This document shows positions 49,438-59,186 of a stretch of 64,000 bases of DNA, piece after piece (the first letter of the stretch is position 1; every line of letters begins with the position of its first letter). The notes below the pieces were generated by a model that saw only the letters and a program-made list of their open reading frames with translations, searched no databases and was not told where the DNA came from. The DNA comes from Armatimonadota bacterium. Its GTDB lineage: Bacteria > Armatimonadota > Fimbriimonadia > Fimbriimonadales > GBS-DC. Location: contig JBBIML010000006.1 in the NCBI GenBank assembly GCA_037444405.1, positions 209,135-273,134 of the forward strand, in the 5' to 3' direction. Position numbers and translations under genes: made by a program.

Positions 49438-51253
49438 AGACCTCCACGCCACGCTCGGCGAATATGGGGCGCAGCCTGCCCTCCGCGATGGCATCTATAT
49501 AAAGCCTGCGCCACGATTCCGGCGCGCCCCGCGGGGTGAAGCGCGTGTTAATCAGCACATAGCGAAAACCGTGCTGGCGCAGCCAGTTGGTCAGCTCACC
49601 CGCCGTGCGAAACTGTTCGTACGGGATGAGCCGATGGTGCCCCGCGTTACCCCACAGATAGCGGCGATCCAGGTAGTATCCGCGCGTTTCGTCCAGCAGA
49701 ATCACGCCTGCATCGGGCGGCGTCTGCGTGTTCAGGTAGCGAATGGCGGGGTAGATTTGCAGGCGTCGCTCCAGATAAGCCTCGCGGTCGCGCAGCGCCA
49801 GCGGCAACAGCGTCAGATAGGCATTACTGAACAGCCACAGCGTGTAGAGCGCCTGCACGCCGAGCAGAATGGCATAGAGCGCCATCAACCAGCGTGCGCC
49901 GTTGCTCGCTCTGAGTCGGCTCGTGCCTGCTGCCGTTAGCAGGGGGAAAACGAGTATCAGGTAGCGCACCTGCTGCATGAGGTAGAACCAGCCGAGCGTG
50001 TTCAGCCCCGCGAGGGCGAGCAGCCAACCTGTGCCGGGCGCAACGCCAATCCCTGCCATCAGTCCCAGCGTCGCCAGGTAGCCCATACCCGCCGACGGCA
50101 GCAGATAGACCCGCTCGCCCACCGACGCCCCGATAGGGTCCGCGAAATGGAGCGGGTGCGCCGTCAGGTTCCACGGCAGCATCAGCAGCTGGGACGGCTC
50201 GCGCCCCATGCCGAACCGCAGCTGGTCGTTCCGATACGCCTGCGCCTGCGCCCGACTCCAGTTGCGCCCGCCAAAAATCTCGTAGGCGAACGGATAGACG
50301 GGGTTGCCCGTCCACAGCCAGTTGCGGATATAGAAGGGTGCGCCCATCAGCATCGCGATAACGGCGGTCAGCGCGAGCGTGCGCAGACCCGCCTGCCATC
50401 GCGCCCATGCGCACCATGCCAGCCCGACGACGACCCATAAGCCCCACGAGAGCAGGGCGGTGTATTTGGTTGCCAGCGCGAAGCCCATCATGATGCCCGC
50501 CAGCCAGAGCCAGCGCCCGTCACGGGTTGAGACGGCGTACCAGAGCGCGAACGCGCCCAGCCCCACATAGAGCGCGGTCGACAGGTCAATATACGCGCTG
50601 AACGCCTGCCACACAATCACAGGCGTGCCTGCAAGCAGCAGCGCGCCCCAGACGCCCTGACCGCCCACCCGATTCACGAACGCCGCCGTGCCCACCACCA
50701 TCAGCAGCGCCATCAGCCAGTGGAACACCTTCGCGCACGGCTCGCCATCCAGCCACAGACCTAGCAGAAACAGCATATCCATCAGCGGCGGAAAATAGCT
50801 CTGATGCATGAAGGGGATTGGCACCATGCCGCCCGCCTGCAGATAGAGCTTGGGGAAGGCGAGATGGTAGGCGAGCGCGTCCCACTCGTTGCCGTCGGGG
50901 GGTAGCAGGCAGAGCGCGAGCGCCATCAGCATCAGCGCGCCCACCAGCGCCCACACCAGCCATATCCAGCGCGGCAAGACAGGCGGACGGCTCAAGCCCG
51001 CCTGTCCCCATGGGCGCAGGAACCGCGCCCAGCCCCACAGCCCGCTTGCCACAAGCAGAGCGAGCAGCAGCCACAGCCCCGACAGCCAGTGCAGAGCAGC
51101 CAGCAGCGCGACGGCGTAAGCCAGCAACCCCAGTCCCAGCGCGCCGCCATACGCTGTCCGCTCACCAGCGCTCAGCGGCAGCCGACCGAGCAGGGGCACC
51201 CCCACACCGACTGCTAGCCCGCCAACCGCCAGCCCGACCAGCAACCCCACCAT
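49424..51253 (-). CDS. Polytopic membrane protein, GT-C/ArnT-like
   Basis: WDALAYHL, AYIDL, TKYT, RNWLWTGNPVYPF; many TM helices. Confidence 0.78.
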   Translation of the reverse strand: MVGLLVGLAVGGLAVGVGVPLLGRLPLSAGERTAYGGALGLGLLAYAVALLAALHWLSGLWLLLALLVASGLWGWARFLRPWGQAGLSRPPVLPRWIWLVWALVGALMLMALALCLLPPDGNEWDALAYHLAFPKLYLQAGGMVPIPFMHQSYFPPLMDMLFLLGLWLDGEPCAKVFHWLMALLMVVGTAAFVNRVGGQGVWGALLLAGTPVIVWQAFSAYIDLSTALYVGLGAFALWYAVSTRDGRWLWLAGIMMGFALATKYTALLSWGLWVVVGLAWCAWARWQAGLRTLALTAVIAMLMGAPFYIRNWLWTGNPVYPFAYEIFGGRNWSRAQAQAYRNDQLRFGMGREPSQLLMLPWNLTAHPLHFADPIGASVGERVYLLPSAGMGYLATLGLMAGIGVAPGTGWLLALAGLNTLGWFYLMQQVRYLILVFPLLTAAGTSRLRASNGARWLMALYAILLGVQALYTLWLFSNAYLTLLPLALRDREAYLERRLQIYPAIRYLNTQTPPDAGVILLDETRGYYLDRRYLWGNAGHHRLIPYEQFRTAGELTNWLRQHGFRYVLINTRFTPRGAPESWRRLYIDAIAEGRLRPIFAERGVEVYALE

Positions 51254-51351
51254 CGCCCCAAAGTGTACCTGCACCGAAAAATCTTTACCCCTTGATTTGT
51301 GCGCCACACGCGGGGTATACTTCGCCCAGCATCAGCAACAGGGGGAACAGA

Positions 51352-52158
51352 ATGCTGAAAGCATTGGCACGATTATGGCGCTATCTCGTCGCGTGGGTGA
51401 CGGGCAAGGTGGAGCAGCTGGAAGACCCCGAAATCCTGCTCGATCAGGCGCGGCGCGAGATGCAGGAGACCTTAGCCCGCAATCGCGAGCGCGCGATTCA
51501 AGCCATCACGCAGAAGAACCTGCTTCAGGCGGAGGTGGACAAGCTGGAGAAGACCGTGCGCGATCTGGAGCGCAAAGCGGAGCTGGCGCTCCAGCAGGGC
51601 AATCGCGACCTCGCCCTGCAGATTATCCGCGAGAAGAAGGCGCAGGAGGGCGCGCTCACCTCGCTGCGCGCCTCCCTCCAGCAAGCCATCGAGACTGTCG
51701 AATCGGTTAAGCAGGCGATCCGCCGCCAGGAAGAGGAGGTGCGCGTGAAGACCGCGCAGGCGCTCGCCCTCAAAGCCCGCTGGAAACAGGCACAGATTCA
51801 AACCGCCATCAACAAGGCGTTAGAGGGCATCTCGGTCGAGGCGCTGGAGTCCAGCTGGGCGACCGCGGAGCAGCGCATCCAGAAGGCGGAAGCGGAAGCC
51901 GCCGCGCGCCAGGAGATGGCTGCCCAGAGCCTGCAGGGGCGTATCGCCGCCCTGCAAGATGCCCAGATCGATCAGGAAGCCGAAGAGGAGCTCAAGCAGA
52001 TGGAGCAGCGGCTGGGTCTGCGCCCCGCTGAAGCCGGCACCACGCCCGCGGTTCAGCCCGCCGCCGTCGCCGACACCGATGTGCTCAAAGAGCTGGAAGA
52101 CCTCGAACGCAAACTGCAAAGCGGGCAAGCCAGCACCGAGAGCAGCGAAGGCAGCTGA
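51352..52158 (+). CDS. PspA/IM30 family protein
   Basis: EDPEILLDQARREMQ, KAELALQQGNRDLA, long coiled coil. Confidence 0.92.
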   Translation: MLKALARLWRYLVAWVTGKVEQLEDPEILLDQARREMQETLARNRERAIQAITQKNLLQAEVDKLEKTVRDLERKAELALQQGNRDLALQIIREKKAQEGALTSLRASLQQAIETVESVKQAIRRQEEEVRVKTAQALALKARWKQAQIQTAINKALEGISVEALESSWATAEQRIQKAEAEAAARQEMAAQSLQGRIAALQDAQIDQEAEEELKQMEQRLGLRPAEAGTTPAVQPAAVADTDVLKELEDLERKLQSGQASTESSEGS

Positions 52159-52159
52159 T

Positions 52160-52206
52160 GTAGCATCGGCATTCTGCCGATGATGCGAGCCAGCGGCTCC
52201 AGCTAC
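52160..52206. repeat. Inverted pair of GTAG-type REPs (REPIN-like) between convergent genes
   Basis: GTAGC-ATCGGCA-TTC-TGCCGAT ... GAGCC-AGC-GGCTC-CA-GCTAC. Confidence 0.6.
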
Positions 52207-53003
52207 GATTCGGGGCGCTGACTGGTTGTCAAATGACGCTGGAGCCAGTGCTGTGATTCGTCCGATAGAGGAACCGATGGCGGCTGGCTATAGTCCAGCA
52301 GCCGCTCGTATCGACCTTCCACATAGACTCGCTCCAGCACCGCCTGCAGATCGACGCTGATGTCCGCATCGTCGCCACTGAGCGGCACCACGATGCGGGG
52401 CAGTCGCTCCGGGAGGCGCACCAGCCACACTTCAAAATGCCAGCGCGGCGCCCCACCCCGATGCAGCGAGATAATATAGTCCCATGCAGGCTGGTTCGCC
52501 AGCGCGCTCAGTGGTACAGCAACCGTATGCTCACCTGCATGCAACAGGTCGATTTCAACAAGGCTGACACGGCTATTGAGCAGCTCTGCCTGCTTGCCGA
52601 GATAGAGCGCACGCCCTTCGGAGCCTGGCGTTTTGTTGGCGTGGCTCAACACCTCCAGCACCGTCACCACCTCGCGCGTGCCGCCCCGCAGTGAGAGTAT
52701 CTGGATGTAGGGTTCACGCACAGGCAGCGGCTCAAGCTGCACCAGCAACGGCGGGTCGGCAAGCGCCACAGATGCCGCCTCGCCTGCTTCAGGCGTCATG
52801 CGCGTCACCGTGATGTCAGGCGCAATCACACGCGAATGACCCGACTTCTCCACATAAACCCGCTCGTCGATATCCGCCACATAGTGAGGCGGGAGCTGCG
52901 CGTTGATCTGCTCCGCCAGATAGGTGATGAACCGCTGATGCACCCCCGCCCACAGGCGCGGATCCTCCAGATAGGGGTTCATGCCCGGAAATGGGCTGCT
53001 CAT
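52203..53003 (-). CDS. DUF4058 family protein (putative PD-(D/E)xK nuclease fold)
   Basis: MSSPFPGMNPYLE, PDITV, EVLSHANK, LVEIDLL, LPRIVVPL, DLQAVL...Y. Confidence 0.92.
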   Translation of the reverse strand: MSSPFPGMNPYLEDPRLWAGVHQRFITYLAEQINAQLPPHYVADIDERVYVEKSGHSRVIAPDITVTRMTPEAGEAASVALADPPLLVQLEPLPVREPYIQILSLRGGTREVVTVLEVLSHANKTPGSEGRALYLGKQAELLNSRVSLVEIDLLHAGEHTVAVPLSALANQPAWDYIISLHRGGAPRWHFEVWLVRLPERLPRIVVPLSGDDADISVDLQAVLERVYVEGRYERLLDYSQPPSVPLSDESQHWLQRHLTTSQRPES

Positions 53004-53052
53004 CGCCAGCTCACCATGAGAATTGTACCATGAGTATGGTAAGATACTCTTG

Positions 53053-53913
53053 ATGGGGCGATGGCTGGCTGGTGTCGGGTGGCTGATCCTGCTCGGTGTC
53101 GGGTGCGCCCAGCAGCCGCTGGTGTTCTTCGGCGCACGCCTGCACAGCCAGGTGCGAGCGGACGAGCGCACAACGCAACTGCGCTGGTACGATGACCTTG
53201 CCCGCCACTCGGTGGTCTATCTCCAGCTCTATCACGAATCGGGCTACGGCGCGTATATCGCCCAGCGACTGCAGAACATCCCGCACGATCGCACGCGCAC
53301 CGCGCTCGATGAGGTCTATCTGGAGCGGCTGGAGGGCTGGCGGTTCGGGCGATTCTATGTGCCGTTCGGCGCAGGGCTGCTGCTGAGCGAGAGCGTGCTG
53401 GCAGTCCAATCGCCCACGCGCTTCGCCATCGGCGATCTGCCGATGCGCGCGGCGTATCTGTTTAATGGCAGGGAGCGTCAGCAGGGCTTCTATGTGCGGG
53501 TGGGCACAGCGAACGGCGGCGTTTCGGTGGGGATCGGGCGCCATTTCGGCACTGACCCGCACGCTTTCGCGGCGTGGGCGCTGCCTGAACAGCCGCGCGA
53601 CAGCGAGGGCTATCAGCAACTGTACGGCGCGGACATCGCCCGCGAGTTCGGCAGCCACCGCCTGCAACTGGAATGGCTTTCCAGCGGCGGCAATCGGGTC
53701 ATCGACACGCACTGGCTCGCCCTGCGCTGGCAACCGCAGGCGACGGCGCTCCAGCCCGAGCTGCTGCTCACCTATCAGACGGCGAGCCAGCGCCTCAGCT
53801 GGCGGCTCGCACTCCAGCAGCGGCTCGACAGGCATTTCAGCGCGACGCTGGTGCTGCGCGGTCAGCAGGGTACACTTCAATTGGTGGCGCTGGGACTGCG
53901 AGGTGAACTGTGA
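53053..53913 (+). CDS. Hypothetical exported protein, possibly a lipoprotein or outer-membrane beta-barrel
   Basis: Hydrophobic N-term ending LGVGC; alternating beta-strand pattern, GRFYVPFG. Confidence 0.65.
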   Translation: MGRWLAGVGWLILLGVGCAQQPLVFFGARLHSQVRADERTTQLRWYDDLARHSVVYLQLYHESGYGAYIAQRLQNIPHDRTRTALDEVYLERLEGWRFGRFYVPFGAGLLLSESVLAVQSPTRFAIGDLPMRAAYLFNGRERQQGFYVRVGTANGGVSVGIGRHFGTDPHAFAAWALPEQPRDSEGYQQLYGADIAREFGSHRLQLEWLSSGGNRVIDTHWLALRWQPQATALQPELLLTYQTASQRLSWRLALQQRLDRHFSATLVLRGQQGTLQLVALGLRGEL

Positions 53914-54359
53914 TGGCGCTGGGCAAACGGATTACTCGCCTGATGCGCGCCTTTATTGAGGAGCAGTGGGCGCGGCTGGAGGCGCTGGGTCGCGAGGACG
54001 AAGCCGAAGCCCGCGCCCGTGCCGACGCCGTACGCGAACTGGAGCGCGACCTGAGTCAGCCCGGTGTCAGCAAGCCCGCGCCGTCGGCACAGCCCGTGCG
54101 CCCATCGCCCGCCGAGCCAGTTAACCCCATCCGTCGCGCCTATCGCGTGCTGGGGCTGCCCGAAAACGCCGACCTGCCCACTGTCCGCCGCACCTATCGC
54201 ACGCTCGCCGCCAAAAGCGACCCGAACCGCTTCCCCGAAGGCTCCCCCGAACGCGCCAAAGCCGAGCAGATTCATGCCCATCTCGAACAGGCTTACCGCG
54301 TGCTGCTGCGCCACTTAGACCCCTCTGCCGACCGCTTCCACGACCTGGAGCTGCCGTAG
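53913..54359 (+). CDS. DnaJ-like (J-domain) protein
   Basis: AYRVLGLPENADLPTVRRTYRTLA.KSDPNR...LEQAYRVL. Confidence 0.8.
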   Translation: MALGKRITRLMRAFIEEQWARLEALGREDEAEARARADAVRELERDLSQPGVSKPAPSAQPVRPSPAEPVNPIRRAYRVLGLPENADLPTVRRTYRTLAAKSDPNRFPEGSPERAKAEQIHAHLEQAYRVLLRHLDPSADRFHDLELP

Positions 54360-54381
54360 GCAGGGGGTATCATGGGAGGCG

Positions 54382-57039
54382 GTGATGGCGCAACTGAGCT
54401 GGCTCACCGAGCTGATGCGCGCTGCCACAAGCGGGGTCGGCACCGAAGACCTGGCGAACCTGCTGCGCCAGATTGCCGAACGCACCGGCGCATGGAACGG
54501 TCTCATCCAGCGGAACCCCGACGCGCCCCCTCTCGTCCTCATGCAGGCGCCCGTGCTACCGATTGCCGAAGTGCGAAGCCAGCTAACGGAGATGTTCGCG
54601 GAAGCGACTTCCGAAGCCCCCAGCAAGGGAGAGGGTACGGATGAGGGGTCTATGCTGGGCGGGACGCCCAGGCTACGCGAGGGTATAGGCAAGGGGTTCA
54701 ACCCATCTTCCGATTCGCGCTATTGCTGGCGTGTCGAACCGCTCACTGCGCCCAATCTGTTCTATGCGCTCCGCATCCCGCACGAGCAGGCAAGCGACGG
54801 CGTCTGGGATGCCGTCGTGGAGCTGGTGCGCCTTTTGAGCCGTCAGGAGCAGCTCCATCGCGAGATCGACGCGTTGCGGCGCCAGTCGGAGCGGCGGTTG
54901 CTGACCGTCGCCACGCTGTACGAGACGGTGTTAGCCTCCTCCCAGCAGGGGCTGGAACGCTTCCTGCAGCTGGTGACGGAGCGCGCGGCGCACGCGATGG
55001 ACGCGCAAGCCTGCACGCTGATGCTGCTTCAGCCCGACGAGAACGCGCTCACGATTGCCGCCAGCTACGGACTGGCGCCCGAGATCGTGTCGCATGTGCG
55101 CATTCCGCTCGGCGAAGGCATCGCGGGATGGGTTGCGCTCACAGGCGAGACCATCCTCATCGATGATCCGAGCCAGCATCCAGAGCTGGCTGGGGTGGCG
55201 CCGCGCCCCGAAATCAGCAGTTCGATCTGCGTGCCGCTGCGCAATCGGCAGGGCGAAGTGTTTGGCGTGCTGACCATCCGCCGCCTTCAGCCCGCGCCGC
55301 GCTTCACCAGCGAGGATGTGCATGCCTTCTCCATCTTCGCCAGCCTGATTGCGCTCGCCATCGAGAACGCCCGCCTCTATGCTGACCTCCATCGGCGCGT
55401 GCAGGAGCTGACCACGCTGGTCAACCTCTCGCAGGTGGTTAGCGCGGTGCTGGACATCGAAACGCTGCTGGAGCTGGTCGGACGCCAGATCGAGCAGGTG
55501 GTCGGTTTCTCGCGCTACGCGCTGTTTTTGCAAAGCGAATCGTCGCGCACCTATCAGCCCCATCTGTTGCGCGGCTACAGCCGCGAGATGTTCCCCCCAC
55601 GCGGCTTCCGCAAGGGTCAGGGCGTGATTGGCATCGTTGCCAAGAAGAAGATGCCGCTGGTGATTCACGACGCGCGCAGCGAGCTTCAGCCCATTCGGGG
55701 ATTCGGGCGTACCATCGGCGCGAACCGCTACTGCGTGCTGCCGATTGTGGTTCACGGCAGCTGTATCGGGGTCGTGCTGGCTGATAATGAGGACCGCAGC
55801 GGGCTGTTCACGATGGAGCAGGTCGATCTGCTGAGTGTGTTCGTGGCGCAGGCGGGGATCGCCATCGAGAACGCGCGCCTCTATCGCGAGATGGAGCAGC
55901 GCTATCGCGAGATTCAGAACCTTGCTGCGTTCCGCAACAACATTCTGCGCAGTCTTGGCGCGGGCATGTTCACGCTGAACGCGGCGGGCGTTATCACCAC
56001 ATGGAACCGCGCGGCGCGAGCCATCACGGGCATTCGCGGGCGCGAGGTGGTCGGCAAGCCCTATACGGAGCTGTGCCATCGGCTGAAGGGGCGCTTGCCC
56101 GACGACTCCCTGCAGAACCTTCAGCACGCGCTTGATGCCGTGTTAAAAGGTGGCGGTGGACGCAGCCTCTATCGCATCCCGCTCGCTCCCGCACCGAACA
56201 CAACCGAGAACGCGCAGATTCTCAACTTCACCATCACGCCGCTGCTGATGCGCGGCTCCGATGAGCCTGGCGGCGCAGTGGTGGTGTTCGAAGACATCAC
56301 CGAATATCACCGATTGGCGACGCGCCTGAGCCAGATGGAGCGCCTCGCCGAAATCGGGCAGATGACCGCCACCATCGCCCACGAGCTGCGCAACCCGCTC
56401 ACTGCCCTCAAAGGCGCCGCCGACCTGCTCGCCCAGGAGGAGAACCTGCCCGAACCCGTGCATACCTATGTGGACATCATCCGTCAGGAGGTCGCCCGCC
56501 TGAACGAAATCGCCAATGAGTTCCTGGAGTTCGCCCGCCCCTTCGTGCCGAGCTGGCGACTGGTCGCCCTGCGCCCGATGCTGGAGCGACTGCTCGCCGC
56601 GCTCACCCCCTACCTCAAGGAGAAGGGCGTCACCGCGACGCTGGAGGTGGAGGGCGAACCCACTGCACGGCTTGACCCCGCCCGCATCGAACAGGTGTTG
56701 CGCAACCTCATCCAGAACGCCGTCCAGGCGATGCCCGACGGCGGACAGCTCACCCTGCGAGCGGGCGAAGCCAGTGGCAAAATCTACCTGCAGGTGCAGG
56801 ACACCGGCACGGGCATCCCGCCCGAAATCCGGGAAAAAATCTTCACGCCCTTCTACACCACCCGCACGCGCGGAACCGGACTGGGGCTGAGCATCGTCCA
56901 AAAGATTGTGCAGGCGCACCACGGCGAAGTGCGCGTCGACTGCCCTGCTGAAGGTGGCTCCATCTTCACGGTGTGGATACCGAAAATCGAAAAGTGCAGT
57001 GATTTTTTGGACACCGATTCGGGCATAGCCCATAGCTGA
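54382..57039 (+). CDS. GAF-GAF-PAS sensor histidine kinase
   Basis: Two AIENARLY GAF ends, WNRAA PAS, AHELRNPL, NLIQNA, DTGTGI, GTGLGL. Confidence 0.95.
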   Translation: MMAQLSWLTELMRAATSGVGTEDLANLLRQIAERTGAWNGLIQRNPDAPPLVLMQAPVLPIAEVRSQLTEMFAEATSEAPSKGEGTDEGSMLGGTPRLREGIGKGFNPSSDSRYCWRVEPLTAPNLFYALRIPHEQASDGVWDAVVELVRLLSRQEQLHREIDALRRQSERRLLTVATLYETVLASSQQGLERFLQLVTERAAHAMDAQACTLMLLQPDENALTIAASYGLAPEIVSHVRIPLGEGIAGWVALTGETILIDDPSQHPELAGVAPRPEISSSICVPLRNRQGEVFGVLTIRRLQPAPRFTSEDVHAFSIFASLIALAIENARLYADLHRRVQELTTLVNLSQVVSAVLDIETLLELVGRQIEQVVGFSRYALFLQSESSRTYQPHLLRGYSREMFPPRGFRKGQGVIGIVAKKKMPLVIHDARSELQPIRGFGRTIGANRYCVLPIVVHGSCIGVVLADNEDRSGLFTMEQVDLLSVFVAQAGIAIENARLYREMEQRYREIQNLAAFRNNILRSLGAGMFTLNAAGVITTWNRAARAITGIRGREVVGKPYTELCHRLKGRLPDDSLQNLQHALDAVLKGGGGRSLYRIPLAPAPNTTENAQILNFTITPLLMRGSDEPGGAVVVFEDITEYHRLATRLSQMERLAEIGQMTATIAHELRNPLTALKGAADLLAQEENLPEPVHTYVDIIRQEVARLNEIANEFLEFARPFVPSWRLVALRPMLERLLAALTPYLKEKGVTATLEVEGEPTARLDPARIEQVLRNLIQNAVQAMPDGGQLTLRAGEASGKIYLQVQDTGTGIPPEIREKIFTPFYTTRTRGTGLGLSIVQKIVQAHHGEVRVDCPAEGGSIFTVWIPKIEKCSDFLDTDSGIAHS
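54617..54711. repeat. Cluster of REP-derived elements inside the kinase CDS
   Basis: GGGAGAGGGTACGGATGAGGGG (reverse-complement REP), GCTGGGCGGGACGCCCAGGCTAC (GTAG REP on -), AGGCAAGGGGTTCAACCCATCTT. Confidence 0.65.
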
Positions 57040-57117
57040 GTGAGCGGATAGCATCGGGCGAGTTCGCCACCGCCCCCTGCGCTCAACAGGTGTCGTGCTC
57101 AAACGAGGTGAAAGTCT

Positions 57118-58308
57118 ATGTCGGCAACGGTCCTGATTGTGGAGGATGAAGAGAATATCCGCCGTGTGCTGGCGATGGGTCTGAAAAAAGCGGGCTTTGA
57201 GACCCTCACCGCGCCTGGTGGGTATGCCGCGCTCAAACTGCTGGACGAGCATCTTTGCGATGTGGTGCTGACCGATGTGATGATGCCCGATATGAACGGG
57301 CTGGAGCTGCTGCGTCGCATCCGGGAGAAGTATCCCGATGTGATTGTGATTATGGTCACCGCCTTCGGCACCATCCCCGCCGCCGTGGAGGCGATGCGGC
57401 TGGGCGCCATCGATTTTTTGACCAAGCCGCTCGATATGGAGGTGCTGTGCAAGCTGATTCGCAACGCCCTGCGCGACCGCGAGCGGCTGATGGCGCCCGT
57501 CGCCCAGCGCAGGCGCGCCCCCGCCGCCCGAAAGACCACCTTCATCGGCAACAGCCCTGCCATTCAGGAGGTGTTGCAGATTGTGGAGCGCGTTGCCGAC
57601 ACGCGCACGACCGTGCTGATTACAGGTGAGAGCGGCACAGGCAAGGAGCTGATCGCTCGCATGCTGCACGAGAAGAGCAGTCGCGTTAGTGGACCCTTCG
57701 TGGCGGTCTCCTGCGCCGCCATTCCCGAAACCCTGCTGGAGGTGGAGCTGTTCGGCGCGGTCAAAGGCGCGTATACAGGCGCGGAGACCGACCGAATCGG
57801 CAAGTTCGAAGCGGCGAACGGCGGCACGCTCTTTCTGGACGAAATCGGCGACATTCCGCCTCTAATTCAGGTGAAACTGTTGCGGGTTCTGCAGGAGCGT
57901 GAGATTGAGCGGCTGGGCAGCAACAAGCCCATCCCCGTCGATGTGCGCCTCGTTGCCGCCACCAATCGCGACCTGGAGCAGGCGGTTCAATCGGGCAGCT
58001 TCCGCGCGGACCTCTTCTATCGCCTGCAGGTGGTGCATATCCACCTGCCGCCGTTGCGCGAGCGTCGTGAGGACATCCCGCTGCTGGTGGAGCATTTCAT
58101 TCAGAAGTACGCGAAGGAGAACAACCGCGCGTTGCAGGCGGTCAGCCCCGACGCGCTGGCGATCCTGCAGGCTTATTCGTGGCCGGGCAATGTGCGCGAG
58201 CTGGAGAACGCGATTGAGTCGGCGGTCGTGCTGGCGCCCCCCGACGCCACCGTGCTGCTCCCCGACCACCTCCCTGCCCAGCTCAGACGCCTATCGGCAG
58301 GAAAGTAG
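57118..58308 (+). CDS. Sigma-54-interacting response regulator (NtrC family) lacking the C-terminal HTH
   Basis: REC domain; [45 protein letters not shown]; stops shortly after the AAA+ domain. Confidence 0.93.
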   Translation: MSATVLIVEDEENIRRVLAMGLKKAGFETLTAPGGYAALKLLDEHLCDVVLTDVMMPDMNGLELLRRIREKYPDVIVIMVTAFGTIPAAVEAMRLGAIDFLTKPLDMEVLCKLIRNALRDRERLMAPVAQRRRAPAARKTTFIGNSPAIQEVLQIVERVADTRTTVLITGESGTGKELIARMLHEKSSRVSGPFVAVSCAAIPETLLEVELFGAVKGAYTGAETDRIGKFEAANGGTLFLDEIGDIPPLIQVKLLRVLQEREIERLGSNKPIPVDVRLVAATNRDLEQAVQSGSFRADLFYRLQVVHIHLPPLRERREDIPLLVEHFIQKYAKENNRALQAVSPDALAILQAYSWPGNVRELENAIESAVVLAPPDATVLLPDHLPAQLRRLSAGK

Positions 58309-58332
58309 GTTGCCAGAGAAAGCTACGGTCTC

Positions 58333-58677
58333 TCATTGCTTGCGCAGAATCACGATATACTCCGTCGGATAGGCGACATAATCGGCTTCATCTGTGCGGG
58401 CGAACTTGCCCGTCTTGCGATCGCGCGTGCGGGGCAGAATCTTCGAAGGGATCTCGCGCAGAATCACCTGCTCCAGAGCAAACCCAAGCCCGATCAGCTG
58501 CTCCACAAACACCTGCGCGTTCTGAATCGCCACCCCGCTGATATGCGTGTTGCCAATCACAATCGCAATCCTTCCGTTCGGTTTCAGCACGCGCCGAAAC
58601 TCGTGGAAGCACTGGTACATCTCCGCAAAATAGAGCGCACATTCCGCCGCCTTGCGCGGGTTGCGAGCGCTTAAATA
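58333..58677 (-). pseudogene. C-terminal remnant of a DNA methyltransferase (N4/N6 family)
   Basis: YFAEM..CF.E..RVLKPNG..AIVIGNT...IL REIPSK..P...GKF; in-frame TAA immediately upstream, catalytic N-terminal part absent. Confidence 0.7.
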
Positions 58678-58738
58678 TTACCTCAAAGCCGATAGAAGGC
58701 GAGTCTGTGTGCCATAATAGAGGGGAGGGAAAACGGCG

Positions 58739-59143
58739 ATGGAGGAGAAGGGCTACGGTTTCGGGCTGACGGTCGCGCTGGATTATGAGCAGGCGGTGGA
58801 GCGCACCCGACAGGCGTTGCAGGAAGAAGGCTTCGGGATCATCACGGAGATTGATGTTCGGCGCGTCATGCGTGAGAAGCGCGGCGTCGAATTCCGTCCC
58901 TATGTGATTCTGGGTGCATGCAACCCCGCGCTGGCGCATCAGGCGCTGGAGGCTGAAATCGATCTGGGACTGCTTCTGCCATGCAATGTGGTGGTCTACG
59001 CCACCGGGACAGGCAGCGTGGTGGAGGCGATGGACCCTGAGCTGATGGTGCGCGTGGTGGGCAATCCTGCTCTGGAACCCATCGCGAAAGAGGTGAAGGA
59101 GCGGCTCCAGCGGGCGATTCGGAAGGTTGCTGCCTCTGGATAG
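58739..59143 (+). CDS. DUF302 domain protein
   Basis: GFGIITEID, YVILGACNP, GLLLPCNVVV. Confidence 0.93.
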   Translation: MEEKGYGFGLTVALDYEQAVERTRQALQEEGFGIITEIDVRRVMREKRGVEFRPYVILGACNPALAHQALEAEIDLGLLLPCNVVVYATGTGSVVEAMDPELMVRVVGNPALEPIAKEVKERLQRAIRKVAASG

Positions 59144-59186
59144 CAGCCGTGCGGGAGCCGATAACAGGCATTGAGGAGATCCGAGA

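Noticed and set aside
50818..51351. N-terminal extension of the PspA ORF
   Set aside because: Antisense to the GT-C gene; SD and homology begin at 51352
51365..51379. TGGCAC-GATTA-TGGC near the pspA start
   Set aside because: Mismatch in the -12 box and located downstream of the start codon
54931..57669. Long - strand ORFs (398 and 508 aa)
   Set aside because: Shadow ORFs opposite the kinase and regulator, expected in GC-rich DNA; no motifs
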